Shown in pieces: positions 8,547-17,729 of a stretch of DNA of 64,000 bases. Each line of letters begins with the position of its first letter. Position 1 is the stretch's first letter. Below the pieces are notes generated by a model that had not been told where the DNA came from, searched no databases, and saw only the letters and a list, made by a program, of their open reading frames with translations. The position numbers and the translations under genes were made by a program. The DNA is from a virus (Duplodnaviria; Heunggongvirae; Uroviricota; Caudoviricetes): the IMG/VR virus record IMGVR_UViG_2597490230_000001, positions 25,917-89,916 of that record, one strand, 5' to 3'.

Positions 8547-9594
8547 ATAAGCCTACTGGGAATTGAGGAACTCCATCATTTGTCAAAGCCTGATACTTAA
8601 AAGTAATCCACTGACCGACGAGTTTCTGTTGTTTCTCGAAGACCCTCTCTTCATGAGTGCCCTTCATCTTGCATTTGAACTGAATCCAACCTGCTCCACC
8701 ATTAAACTCACAGATTAGAACACCTTCCTTATTGTTGTCAATAACAACATCGACAACTTTAGCCTCAGCGTCATTCATGAGTTTCCACTTCTGTAAATTG
8801 TGTGAACGGTGGTTAAATTCATAAACTCCACGAAGATTTCGGAGCATTAACCCTTCATAGCCTTCATTCATGAATTTTGTTAAGAAGATACGAGCTGAAT
8901 CTTCACTGTTAACCGTAACGTTCTGAACCACTTTCAGCGGTAAACGACAAGCTTGTTTAACTGCTTCAAGCATGTTTTTACGTTCTGTCCAAGGAACACG
9001 CTGTACAGGGATATCAAATACGTGGAATTCCAAACGATGAGTGTTCATGTTTGACTTCTTGACAGCACTCACAATATCCTGAAGAGGAAGACCGTGGATG
9101 TATAGTTCACCATCAAGCTTCTCTACATGAGCTTTTTTGGCAACCAGAATTAATTCACGACGAATATGTTCTGGGCAATCATATGTTTTACCGCCACGAG
9201 AGTGAAGTGTTACTTCATCATCAACAATGCTTGCAATACAGCGTACACCATCGAGTTTAGGAGAAACATCGCAAGGAAATATGATACGATGAGACTGCTG
9301 AAGATAATTATGAGCAAGCATAGGAAGAGCTTCACCCACATTTCTTGCTTCTTCAATTGTTGGTCGGTAGCACTTGTCAAGTTGCTTTGCATACTTCGCT
9401 TCAGCTTCTCTGAGCGCTTGTTCGTGGGGAGATGTCTCATTAGCTTTACCAATGTTTTTGCCCTTCACAGTAGTTTCTTTTGACTGCATCTTGCCGCCAA
9501 ACTTACCATGTCGAACAATGATAGTTGATTCGAGGACTTCAATTGTCCAGTGCTTAACTCCACCATTCTTATCAACTGCAAATAACTCTTTCAT
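8506..9594 (-). CDS. ATP-dependent DNA ligase
   Basis: KLDGVRC (KxDG adenylation motif I) and size/organisation like T7 gp1.3. Confidence 0.85.
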   Translation of the reverse strand: MKELFAVDKNGGVKHWTIEVLESTIIVRHGKFGGKMQSKETTVKGKNIGKANETSPHEQALREAEAKYAKQLDKCYRPTIEEARNVGEALPMLAHNYLQQSHRIIFPCDVSPKLDGVRCIASIVDDEVTLHSRGGKTYDCPEHIRRELILVAKKAHVEKLDGELYIHGLPLQDIVSAVKKSNMNTHRLEFHVFDIPVQRVPWTERKNMLEAVKQACRLPLKVVQNVTVNSEDSARIFLTKFMNEGYEGLMLRNLRGVYEFNHRSHNLQKWKLMNDAEAKVVDVVIDNNKEGVLICEFNGGAGWIQFKCKMKGTHEERVFEKQQKLVGQWITFKYQALTNDGVPQFPVGLYVRECDKEGNPIE

Positions 9595-9610
9595 CCACTT
9601 TCCTTAGAGA

Positions 9611-9640
9611 CGAAAAAGGCTCCCGAAGGAGCCCTTTATT
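9611..9640 (-). terminator. rho-independent terminator with TTCG loop
   Basis: On the minus strand: aagggctcc-ttcg-ggagccttt followed by ttttcg. Confidence 0.55.
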
Positions 9641-9641
9641 A

Positions 9642-10058
9642 TTACTTAAGACCTTTAGTTGCTCGCATCACCAAAGCAATGTTTGCGATATCTTTTGGTG
9701 AAACTTGTTCAAGGCCAAGTTCCTGGATAACCCGAAAAACATCTTCAGGGGAGATATCTTCTTCTTCATCGTAGACAGCCTCAGAACCTTCAATCTGAGC
9801 ATTATCGTGAGGTTCAGCAAGAGCTGCTTCCTGCACCATAGTACCATCAGACAGGTTTGTTACGTCTTCAATATCAGAACCATCAAGTCGTTCAAACTCT
9901 GTGGTATTAGCAATAGGGTCTTTTTCTTGAACCCCTTTGAACTCATACACTTCAGAACCAGAAGCAGTTAACGCTGACTGGAAGGAGCGATTAGTTACTT
10001 CTTCAACATCACCGCTTACCAGATACAGTCGGACAAAGTCCTCAGAAGGGCGTTCCAT
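9642..10058 (-). CDS. acidic hypothetical protein
   Basis: ORF 9642..10136 trimmed to an internal Met to avoid overlap with the exonuclease gene. Confidence 0.45.
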   Translation of the reverse strand: MERPSEDFVRLYLVSGDVEEVTNRSFQSALTASGSEVYEFKGVQEKDPIANTTEFERLDGSDIEDVTNLSDGTMVQEAALAEPHDNAQIEGSEAVYDEEEDISPEDVFRVIQELGLEQVSPKDIANIALVMRATKGLK

Positions 10059-10953
10059 CTTCGTAATCAGCGCTAGGTTCAGGAACAGCGGGGTCGAGTG
10101 GTTCACAGAGGTCAGTTGGTGTAGCTTCAGGCTCATTATCAGTATCCTTACTTAATGAATAGTCTAACCAGTCCCACTCAAACAGATTGTCTGGTGTCTG
10201 GCCGATATATAAAAGTCTTGCATTTTCGAGCATTGCAGATTCGTGTTCTTCTCCGAACACTTTCTCATACTCTAACTTAACGGCATCATACATCTCTTGA
10301 ACAGTTGTCAGATTTTCAAGAATCTTTATGGCTGTCTTCTCACCAACGCCTTTACGACGCATCATGAGCTTTCCACCCCACATTGTTTCTTGCTTTTTAC
10401 CACAACCCATTATGTTGTCGGTGTTATCACCGTGAAGCAATTGTTCAAAGAAGAAACGTTTGGATTCAAATTCATCAACCCAGTGTTTCTGTATTTCAGG
10501 CTGGTTTTCACCACAAGCCCAACGATAGTGCCAACCATAACAAGTCCAAAGGTCTTTATCACGAGTAGCAATTAAAGTGTTTTCAGGGTCTTTACGCTGT
10601 TCGATGGCTAACCAATCATCAGCTTCCATACCATCAACAACTACATGAGGGTGATTTTTAATAATATAATCACCTACAGTTGCATAGTGAAAGGGTCTTT
10701 GCTCATTAGGGTCTCGGTTACCCTTATAAGGTTCCTGTTTGGCAACCTCATTTCTGAAGTTGCCTTTACCAGAAAGAGCACAAATGTACTCATCACCTTT
10801 GTTAATCTTGAATACGTGTTGAATGAGGTCTTCAACGAGCTTACAAATTTCACCCTCAGGTGCAGGAACGTATTCCTTTGGGATAAATGGATGGGCTGCT
10901 TTAACAGAGCCAATCTGATATCTTAAAATGTCGGCGTCGATTAAGATTCTCAT
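10042..10953 (-). CDS. 5'-3' exonuclease / flap endonuclease (T7 gp6 / T5 D15-like)
   Basis: YKGNRD and GMEADD motifs of the FEN family; C-terminal acidic tail ending in F. Confidence 0.8.
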   Translation of the reverse strand: MRILIDADILRYQIGSVKAAHPFIPKEYVPAPEGEICKLVEDLIQHVFKINKGDEYICALSGKGNFRNEVAKQEPYKGNRDPNEQRPFHYATVGDYIIKNHPHVVVDGMEADDWLAIEQRKDPENTLIATRDKDLWTCYGWHYRWACGENQPEIQKHWVDEFESKRFFFEQLLHGDNTDNIMGCGKKQETMWGGKLMMRRKGVGEKTAIKILENLTTVQEMYDAVKLEYEKVFGEEHESAMLENARLLYIGQTPDNLFEWDWLDYSLSKDTDNEPEATPTDLCEPLDPAVPEPSADYEDGTPF

Positions 10954-11135
10954 TGCTTCTCCAACTGGTCGAACTTAGCAGAAGCAGCCTTAAGTGCCTC
11001 AGCTTTGAACTTTGCAGTTGGAAGTGCAGATTCTCGTGCCTCAACAACTTGAGTCTCAATGTTAACAATGAGATACTCGTTGTCATAACGGTTCACGACG
11101 ATTTTGTACATTCCGTTGTCGTATAAGCTATCCAT
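10950..11135 (-). CDS. hypothetical protein
   Basis: 61 aa ORF. Confidence 0.4.
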   Translation of the reverse strand: MDSLYDNGMYKIVVNRYDNEYLIVNIETQVVEARESALPTAKFKAEALKAASAKFDQLEKQ

Positions 11136-11144
11136 GCTAACTCC

Positions 11145-11702
11145 TTAGTCGTCAAGAACTACATTGTGTGGTTCGAGGTTGACGATAAGGCGATTACGAA
11201 TACGGTGCAAACTAACATAAATGTTGTTCGCTGTCATACGATGCTTCTTAGCGACGTCCTTGGTTTCCAAATTCTTCAAGTAGATATCGGCGAATAATTC
11301 TCGCTCTGAATCCTTAAGACTTTCAAAAGCCTCTTGAACAAAGTTGGATGCCTCGTCTGATAATAGCTCTCGAATGGGGTCAGTTAATCCATCGTCATGG
11401 CATTCAAACTCTAACACATTGTCATACAATTCAGTGTCTACTCGGTCGAATTCCTTGCGTACATATCCATATCGGACATTGTTAGCTATCGTACCGATTA
11501 CACCACCTAACTTATCCCACTGAATTCGGTCCCAATACTGCCAAACTCTCAGAAGAGTTTCTTGAGCCAAATCTTCAGCAAGATGATAATCTTTTTCCAT
11601 GTAGAAGAATTGCTTCTGCAATGGACCCCAGAACTCAGCATATAATTCTTCGAATGTATATGAAGTTTTCTTAGGAGTTGGAGCACTAATGCGCTTTGCC
11701 AT
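11145..11702 (-). CDS. sigma-70 family (ECF-like) RNA polymerase sigma factor
   Basis: Region 2 (DLAQETLLRVWQYWDRI) and region 4 HTH (NIYVSLHRIRNRL) signatures. Confidence 0.65.
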   Translation of the reverse strand: MAKRISAPTPKKTSYTFEELYAEFWGPLQKQFFYMEKDYHLAEDLAQETLLRVWQYWDRIQWDKLGGVIGTIANNVRYGYVRKEFDRVDTELYDNVLEFECHDDGLTDPIRELLSDEASNFVQEAFESLKDSERELFADIYLKNLETKDVAKKHRMTANNIYVSLHRIRNRLIVNLEPHNVVLDD

Positions 11703-11727
11703 AATACAATCCCTGTATTAAATGGAA

Positions 11728-11756
11728 AAGAAGCCCTCCGAAGAGGGCATTTTCTA
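11728..11756 (-). terminator. rho-independent terminator (TTCG loop) downstream of ssb
   Basis: gccctc-ttcg-gagggc followed by ttcttttcc on the minus strand. Confidence 0.55.
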
Positions 11757-11791
11757 GCTGCACTTAAGGTAGCAAATCACCTGAATTTCAA

Positions 11792-12565
11792 TTAGAACGG
11801 GATGTCGTCGTCAAAAGCAACATCGTTCGGGGTGTTACGAGTGTTGGTATTGCTACCATACTTCTCTTCTTCACGAGTAGTAGTGTTATCTGGACGGTCA
11901 CCATCACCACCATCATTGACAGGCTCTTTACCTGCATATGGGATGTGCTGAGCATCTTTAGCTTCGGTCAGCATGTCACGCTGGAACTTGTAAACCTTAG
12001 CATACGCAGCAGTCATTGCTGGAGTATCGGAATACGGGTTGAACGCAACCAGTTCTGAACGAGCTTCACCTACTTTGGATTTGTTACGAGAGCTAACAGC
12101 GCCAACAGAAGTTACTTTGTTACGAGTGATGCCCTGTTTCGTGGTATAAGAACCAACACCAACAGAAACAACTTCACCCAGTTTATCCATGAACCATTCC
12201 AGATTACGTGGAACTTCAGTGATAGTTGGGTCAATTGCTTTGCAGAGGTCGAATACACCACCACGTTTAGCACCTGGGAACAGGAAGTAATCTTTGAACT
12301 GGCAAGATGGGCGAGGGTCAATCGGCTTACCGACTTTGTCGTCGTCACCTTCGAAAGTACGACCGGTAGCATCGATATCAATCAGTTCGAATGCAATGGA
12401 GCACTTAAAAGCTGGAGCTTTGCGTTCGCCCTGCCATTCAGGTTGTTCCTGAACACCAAGACCGATAAAGCGGACAATACGCGCATCATATACATCGTTT
12501 TCAATAACGTCATATACGGTACGGGATTTTTTAGAAGAGGAAGTAGATGGGATAGCAGTAGTCAT
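11792..12565 (-). CDS. ssb: single-stranded DNA-binding protein
   Basis: OB-fold-like N-terminal part and Gly-rich linker; C-terminus DDDIPF identical to E. coli SSB. Confidence 0.7.
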   Translation of the reverse strand: MTTAIPSTSSSKKSRTVYDVIENDVYDARIVRFIGLGVQEQPEWQGERKAPAFKCSIAFELIDIDATGRTFEGDDDKVGKPIDPRPSCQFKDYFLFPGAKRGGVFDLCKAIDPTITEVPRNLEWFMDKLGEVVSVGVGSYTTKQGITRNKVTSVGAVSSRNKSKVGEARSELVAFNPYSDTPAMTAAYAKVYKFQRDMLTEAKDAQHIPYAGKEPVNDGGDGDRPDNTTTREEEKYGSNTNTRNTPNDVAFDDDIPF

Positions 12566-12636
12566 GTGTATATTCCTTAATATAGCTCAATTAAAATGAA
12601 GAGACTGTTTATGCTCTTCGCTTGGTTTGTATATTG

Positions 12637-12705
12637 TTTAGTGTCAATCCGTGACAATACTTACACATTTAAGTAAATATTTGTGACCGTGAAACACCGT
12701 CAAAG
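12637..12705 (-). promoter_or_regulatory. two TGTCA/TGACA-type palindromes upstream of ssb (candidate operator)
   Basis: gtgtcaatccgtgaca and tgaccgtgaaacaccgtca within 100 bp upstream of the ssb start. Confidence 0.25.
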
Positions 12706-13091
12706 TAGCAGAAATCACCGGCAAATGTGGAATTTCGATGATACAAATCTCGAAGCTTTCCACCTGTCTTCTTCTCATAATGAAACTCAATTGCCTTCCT
12801 GGCATAGATGAGTCGATTCATAAATGCGTAGTTGTGACTCCTGCTGAAAGTTCTTCCATCAACCGTCTCAGATTTAATGTTCACAAACCGTGTCACTGAC
12901 TCTAAGTCGATTGTTTGTAGAGCTCTCAACGCTTGAAATAAAGCATAGGGAGATGAGGGACGCGAATGACCAGAATTCGCAGCCCCATACAGCACATCTT
13001 GAATCCATCCACTGAGTTCATGAAACTCATCAAAATTCGAGAACAAGTTTTGCAGGTCCGAGTTGTCAATTGAAGTGGCTGGTCGTGCCAT
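12669..13091 (-). CDS. hypothetical protein
   Basis: 140 aa ORF. Confidence 0.5.
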   Translation of the reverse strand: MARPATSIDNSDLQNLFSNFDEFHELSGWIQDVLYGAANSGHSRPSSPYALFQALRALQTIDLESVTRFVNIKSETVDGRTFSRSHNYAFMNRLIYARKAIEFHYEKKTGGKLRDLYHRNSTFAGDFCYFDGVSRSQIFT

Positions 13092-13102
13092 ATTTCCTCA
13101 TG

Positions 13103-13495
13103 TTAAATTTCGAAATGAGGACCATCGAACCGTTTGTTCTTTTGCCAACCTTCAGTAGTAGGTGCCCAGGTTCCACCCCAAACAACTCTAATACCTAACT
13201 TGTCAGCAGCAGCTAGCACATGTGCAGCCATAACAACGAATCGTTCCAAATTGTTCCAATCCACTGGATATGGTGCAATGTCAACAGCCCGACCGTCCAA
13301 ATGCTTAGACTTCATTGTCCAAGACACACCTTTTTCAACATTCTTGCGTTGCTCTTCTACAGTGCGAATTGTAGATGGTAACACAGTAATGTCGAAAGGC
13401 ATAGACTTAAAGGCTTCTTCAAGAACTTTTCTTAAATCTGGATGTACCTGATTTAATAGCTCTTGCGACTTTTTGCCCAAATGTACGTTGCTCAC
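13103..13495 (-). CDS. L-alanyl-D-glutamate peptidase endolysin (peptidase M15, T5 Lys-like)
   Basis: HLDGRAVDIAP and DGPHFE zinc-binding motifs of the VanY/M15 family. Confidence 0.75.
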   Translation of the reverse strand: MSNVHLGKKSQELLNQVHPDLRKVLEEAFKSMPFDITVLPSTIRTVEEQRKNVEKGVSWTMKSKHLDGRAVDIAPYPVDWNNLERFVVMAAHVLAAADKLGIRVVWGGTWAPTTEGWQKNKRFDGPHFEI

Positions 13496-13964
13496 TGAAA
13501 TACCTCCGAATATCTTGTAAAGAAATGGGACGATAATTCAGACGCTCTGCACTTGTACAGAAATACCGTGGGTCGTTAATAGCAGAACGGTGCATGTGAC
13601 CGTGGATATTACGCTTACCACGAAGTTCCATAGGATGCACTGGAATGTGCGTCAGCCAGAACTCTTTGTATTTGATTGGACCAGAGACCCATTTGAACAC
13701 TTTAGTAAAGTCTACATTGTAGTCGTCGTGGTTTCCAAGAACCAGATGCTTGTTCGGGCACTTAATCTTTGCAATCAAAGCCAAAGCTGAATCATCAAAA
13801 ACCCAGTCGCCCATGAAGAACATCTTATCACGCACTGTTACCACTGCGTTGATGTTATCAATGATTGTCTGGTTATGCTGTTCAATAGTGCTAAATTCCG
13901 GACGATATTTCAAAATATTTCGGTGGGCAAAATGTCCATCGCCCATAAAGTAAACTTCAGCCAT
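13419..13964 (-). CDS. Ser/Thr protein phosphatase family metallophosphoesterase
   Basis: GDGHF, GDWVFD, GNHD and GHMH calcineurin-like motifs. Confidence 0.75.
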   Translation of the reverse strand: MAEVYFMGDGHFAHRNILKYRPEFSTIEQHNQTIIDNINAVVTVRDKMFFMGDWVFDDSALALIAKIKCPNKHLVLGNHDDYNVDFTKVFKWVSGPIKYKEFWLTHIPVHPMELRGKRNIHGHMHRSAINDPRYFCTSAERLNYRPISLQDIRRYFSEQRTFGQKVARAIKSGTSRFKKSS

Positions 13965-14187
13965 GCTCTTTATCAATCCATGCAGAGACAAACCACAACC
14001 CTACAGCAAAGAGGGTTGCGATAAAAAGTGCTCCCCAGAAACTCATTCCTGAACTTCCTGAAGCTTGATAATTGTACCACCCAACAGAATCAAGTTCTCT
14101 GCTGCAACGTCGGCATCAGTATAAACTTTCTTAACTTCTTTTGGTCTTACCAGAAGAGTATTTTAAAAGTGTGGTAATAGTAGAACA

Positions 14188-14616
14188 TTAATCCTCCAAG
14201 GATGTAAAAGCTTTTGTTTCTTCAATCTCTGTAGCCAAGTCACCAACATCACCTTCATTAATACAGGACTGTAAAATCCAAGTCATTTGGTGAACTGATG
14301 GAATGAAGTGTGGGGAGTCGTCAATCCAGATATGAGGAACCCACCCGATTTCACGGGTGTGGTGTCGTTTCTGCTTTCCGTTAGTGAAAATTACAGGAAT
14401 ACCTGCTTCTTTAGCGAAACTGAGGACATCCTCATTATCACTTACCCCGTGCTCATGACGGAAGGTGGTGATGCGAACATCCCAACCAATTCCCTTCATC
14501 AAGCAAACAACGGCAGACCAGCCTTCAATATCAGCGCTAACAGTATCATCAAAATCGAGGCCAATTCGAAGCTCCCGAGTCACAGTAGTTTCATCAAAAT
14601 CCATTAGATTGTACAC
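14188..14616 (-). CDS. HAD-superfamily hydrolase (possible nucleotidase)
   Basis: LDFDDTV (DxDxT) motif I. Confidence 0.55.
   Translation of the reverse strand: MYNLMDFDETTVTRELRIGLDFDDTVSADIEGWSAVVCLMKGIGWDVRITTFRHEHGVSDNEDVLSFAKEAGIPVIFTNGKQKRHHTREIGWVPHIWIDDSPHFIPSVHQMTWILQSCINEGDVGDLATEIEETKAFTSLED
14577..14589 (-). repeat. copy of co-oriented 13-bp motif (coding-strand ACTACTGTGACTC)
   Basis: Plus strand gagtcacagtagt. Confidence 0.6.
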
Positions 14617-14816
14617 CCATCGCAGGTCAGGTCACCAAGTAGTGATGCTTGGAGAATTCGAGATGATTCATCAGAATGAAGTGCATCAATTTGCTCTTTC
14701 AGTTCTGAAAGCTTAATGAAATCAATAACATCACCTGGAGTGTATTCAAAATCAGACGTGAAAATGAAGATACCTTCTTTGTTAGGCTCAGAGTAGCGTT
14801 CAATTAGTGTAGTCAT
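14604..14816 (-). CDS. hypothetical protein
   Basis: 70 aa ORF. Confidence 0.4.
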   Translation of the reverse strand: MTTLIERYSEPNKEGIFIFTSDFEYTPGDVIDFIKLSELKEQIDALHSDESSRILQASLLGDLTCDGCTI

Positions 14817-14825
14817 TATCCTTCC

Positions 14826-15026
14826 TTAGATTTTATCAACACGTTCATAATACATTTCCATCTCTCTGTCCATATTTGAATGGAACATCAATATGAAATC
14901 TTCATCAACTTCGTACCCTATTTCACGAAGTTCCTGTATACACTGTTCTGGCTGGAATCCACGACTCCAACCATCAATCAGCGCTTCATGGAACCGGGTA
15001 CCATCTTTATACCCAGTGGTTCTCAT
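14826..15026 (-). CDS. hypothetical protein
   Basis: 66 aa ORF. Confidence 0.4.
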   Translation of the reverse strand: MRTTGYKDGTRFHEALIDGWSRGFQPEQCIQELREIGYEVDEDFILMFHSNMDREMEMYYERVDKI

Positions 15027-15028
15027 AA

Positions 15029-15250
15029 TTAACGAACCTTCTTATAAGTGTAAACACCTTCCTGAACCATTTTAGAAAGACCAGGTAAGACGGTTACTTT
15101 ATAAATATCAGCAGTTGTGATAGTCTGAGGACTACCATTCTGTAGGATATTTTTCTTATGAGCTCGTGCTTCTGCTCGTGTTTTGTGAATAGATTTCATC
15201 TCGAAACCATAAGAGTAAACGAAATGAACTTCCCATTGAACTTTAGACAT
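15029..15250 (-). CDS. hypothetical protein
   Basis: 73 aa ORF. Confidence 0.4.
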   Translation of the reverse strand: MSKVQWEVHFVYSYGFEMKSIHKTRAEARAHKKNILQNGSPQTITTADIYKVTVLPGLSKMVQEGVYTYKKVR

Positions 15251-15400
15251 GTGTGTATCCTTCCGATTCGAGATTGTTGTGAAAAATTAACCAACCAAGA
15301 GTACCAACTTTTAACACTTAAGTCCATACTCATAAAGGTTAGATACTCTTCAATATCATGACCATAGCACCAAGTGCCATCAGGCCATACATAGTAATCA

Positions 15401-16243
15401 TCACCCACGTTCCATGTGTCCTTCAATTAGTGCCAGAAACTCTGGATTAGTGAAGGCATCTTCTGCTGTTGTGAGGAAGTATTGGATACCATTGGACTCC
15501 ATTTGATACCGTTCACTCATGTCAATTTGAGGATTAACCACAACCAACTTTGCACCACGGTTAATGGCTGGGAACAAGTCCCAAATAAAGTTGATTACTT
15601 GGTTTGAAGCCCCTACCAATATGATAATATCATCAGGCATTATATCATCAAACACATTATACATGTCTTGATACTTTGGAGCCAATTCACCAAAGAAAAC
15701 AACATCAGGTTTACACCAGTGATAATCATCTGGTTCAATCTGAGTGTAACCAATGTTTACACATTGTTCTTCAGAACCCTCTTCGAGTTTATAGCGAAGA
15801 TAATTCAATCTGCCATGAACATGAATAACTTCCTCTTCAGGAATTCCAGCACGTTCAAGCAAATCATCAACGTTTGTTGTGACGTTTTTAACACGACCTT
15901 TATAACGTTCAAACCATTCAGCAATACGGAGGTGAGCCACATTGGGCTCAACTGTTCCTAGCTCTTCACGGCGCTTGTTGTAGAAGGTGTGAGTTTTGTG
16001 GTAGAAGTTTCCACGGAAAGCTTGGATGTTACAAACCTCTTCAAGGTCATACTCATCCCACATAGCTTTACCGCTATCAGTATCAGTGCGGAAAGCACGG
16101 ACTCCACTTGCAACAGAGAGTCCTGCCCCGCTGACTACAATCAGGTTAGGCAAAGGAAACACTCCCATTAGTTTGGAATACAGCTTCAGCAAACCCACGA
16201 GGAGTTGCAGAGCGAATATTCTTAGTCTTAAGTGACTTACCAC
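15401..16243 (-). CDS. Sir2-family NAD-dependent deacylase / ADP-ribosyltransferase
   Basis: GAGLSVASGVRAFR, NVDDLLERAG, HVHG, VVFFGE and VVVNPQ Sir2 motifs; the Zn-ribbon Cys quartet appears incomplete. Confidence 0.7.
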   Translation of the reverse strand: MVSHLRLRIFALQLLVGLLKLYSKLMGVFPLPNLIVVSGAGLSVASGVRAFRTDTDSGKAMWDEYDLEEVCNIQAFRGNFYHKTHTFYNKRREELGTVEPNVAHLRIAEWFERYKGRVKNVTTNVDDLLERAGIPEEEVIHVHGRLNYLRYKLEEGSEEQCVNIGYTQIEPDDYHWCKPDVVFFGELAPKYQDMYNVFDDIMPDDIIILVGASNQVINFIWDLFPAINRGAKLVVVNPQIDMSERYQMESNGIQYFLTTAEDAFTNPEFLALIEGHMERG

Positions 16244-16871
16244 CTAAGAGTTTGTGTTGACGACTGAATCCATCCTCAGGAATCACAGCTCGTTTATCAG
16301 GTTGGAGAAAGCCATTACCTGACCAGATGCAAGTCTTTTTAGGATAAGCATCACGAGGTGCGATGTATTCAGGATACAGAGGATGAACATCGTCAGATGG
16401 TAAATATCCACCATACTCATATGGATGGAAGTTAAAGTCAGGCTTACGCCACAAAGTTGCCAACACACTTACTGGATTCTCAGCACCCCAAGGTGCATTC
16501 CAATGGTCTGCAACAACCTGAACAAACTTGGCCCTCTCAGTAGCTCGAATCTGACATTCAGGGTCAGCTTCAAGTTTCTTTTTGAAGTGGACAGCACCAG
16601 ATACAGCTAAGTCTGTACACTCAGGGAACCCGAACACAAACTTGACTTCATTATCACCAATAATGTCAATGATTTTATCAAGAGTTGATTCGTCATTTTC
16701 AAGCCACATACCAACCTTAACATGATTAGTATCGGCATCAGTTACACCTTCTGGGTGTTGACCATCAAAGCAGAAACACTTGTACCCATTTCGAATCCAA
16801 GGCTGAGCCATGATTCCGGTCAGGTCATACAAGAAAATCGCAGCTTTCATCTTCAACATCCTCATCAGCAT
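16146..16871 (-). CDS. hypothetical protein (weak resemblance of FGFPECTDLAVSGA to C5-methyltransferase motif IV; unassigned)
   Basis: 241 aa ORF. Confidence 0.5.
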   Translation of the reverse strand: MLMRMLKMKAAIFLYDLTGIMAQPWIRNGYKCFCFDGQHPEGVTDADTNHVKVGMWLENDESTLDKIIDIIGDNEVKFVFGFPECTDLAVSGAVHFKKKLEADPECQIRATERAKFVQVVADHWNAPWGAENPVSVLATLWRKPDFNFHPYEYGGYLPSDDVHPLYPEYIAPRDAYPKKTCIWSGNGFLQPDKRAVIPEDGFSRQHKLLGGKSLKTKNIRSATPRGFAEAVFQTNGSVSFA

Positions 16872-17109
16872 AAACAGGAATAATTTTAACTAAGTTCTCA
16901 TGATAACGACGCCAAACACGATATTCATCTACTGGCTCTTTATCGAACTCAAAACGAGGACAAACATCAGTCACATACACATGACCAATGAGTACTTTAG
17001 TATTCACGTTTTCCAACGAAGACTCCGTTCTCCCACTGATGGAGATGTTCAATATCCCAACAATCTGCGACAGCTTCAGCCTGGAATGAATCACAGCGCC
17101 AAGTATCAC
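16825..17109 (-). CDS. hypothetical protein
   Basis: 94 aa ORF. Confidence 0.4.
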   Translation of the reverse strand: MILGAVIHSRLKLSQIVGILNISISGRTESSLENVNTKVLIGHVYVTDVCPRFEFDKEPVDEYRVWRRYHENLVKIIPVYADEDVEDESCDFLV

Positions 17110-17211
17110 CTTCCATTAATCCATCAACGTGCTGACGAGCATAACGAAATGCCTCATGTGTATCAAAGAAATTCATGATACCATGTTCGTCGTAAATCCA
17201 CCAAAATGTTT

Positions 17212-17415
17212 TCATCGTTGTGCCTTAAGTACGTGAACTGGAGAAACAGTGAATCTTTCCCTTTGGGATTCATCAATGCGATTTGTTATAAACTCCCAAG
17301 CTTTATGTTCACTGTCGAACATATAGTAATTGGTGTCTGTATTGGATTGGTCACATGTCATGACAAATTTCCCATCAATCATCCGACCAATTATCCACAA
17401 TTTAGAACCTGCCAT
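17212..17415 (-). CDS. hypothetical protein
   Basis: 67 aa ORF. Confidence 0.4.
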   Translation of the reverse strand: MAGSKLWIIGRMIDGKFVMTCDQSNTDTNYYMFDSEHKAWEFITNRIDESQRERFTVSPVHVLKAQR

Positions 17416-17416
17416 A

Positions 17417-17617
17417 TCAACTCCAAGGCATTTTGGTTAAGTTTCTCATCGAACTTTTGTACGATGGGTGAAGTTTATAGAGACAGCCTCTTTCTACACA
17501 CCAGTCAGTTGCTCTATTCCGTAAGCGTATAAGACCGCAAACAGCACAGACGTGCTTACCAGCATTGCTGTCAAGAAACCATCGGTGTCCTTCCATTCGA
17601 TACTTTTCACTGTCCAT
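17417..17617 (-). CDS. hypothetical Zn-finger protein
   Basis: CAVCG motif. Confidence 0.4.
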   Translation of the reverse strand: MDSEKYRMEGHRWFLDSNAGKHVCAVCGLIRLRNRATDWCVERGCLYKLHPSYKSSMRNLTKMPWS

Positions 17618-17729
17618 TCAACACACCTAAATCTATTAAGAACTTAGATATAATTAACGGGAGGCATACAATTATGAACCACCAGAATACTGCTGCCAGA
17701 AAACAATTAATGCCTCTCATTATCATACC

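Noticed and set aside
16146-16871. Possible C5 DNA methyltransferase (FGFPECTDLAVSGA resembling motif IV GFPCQ…FS.AG)
   Set aside because: No motif I (FxGxGG) or ENV motif in the expected order, so I left it as hypothetical.
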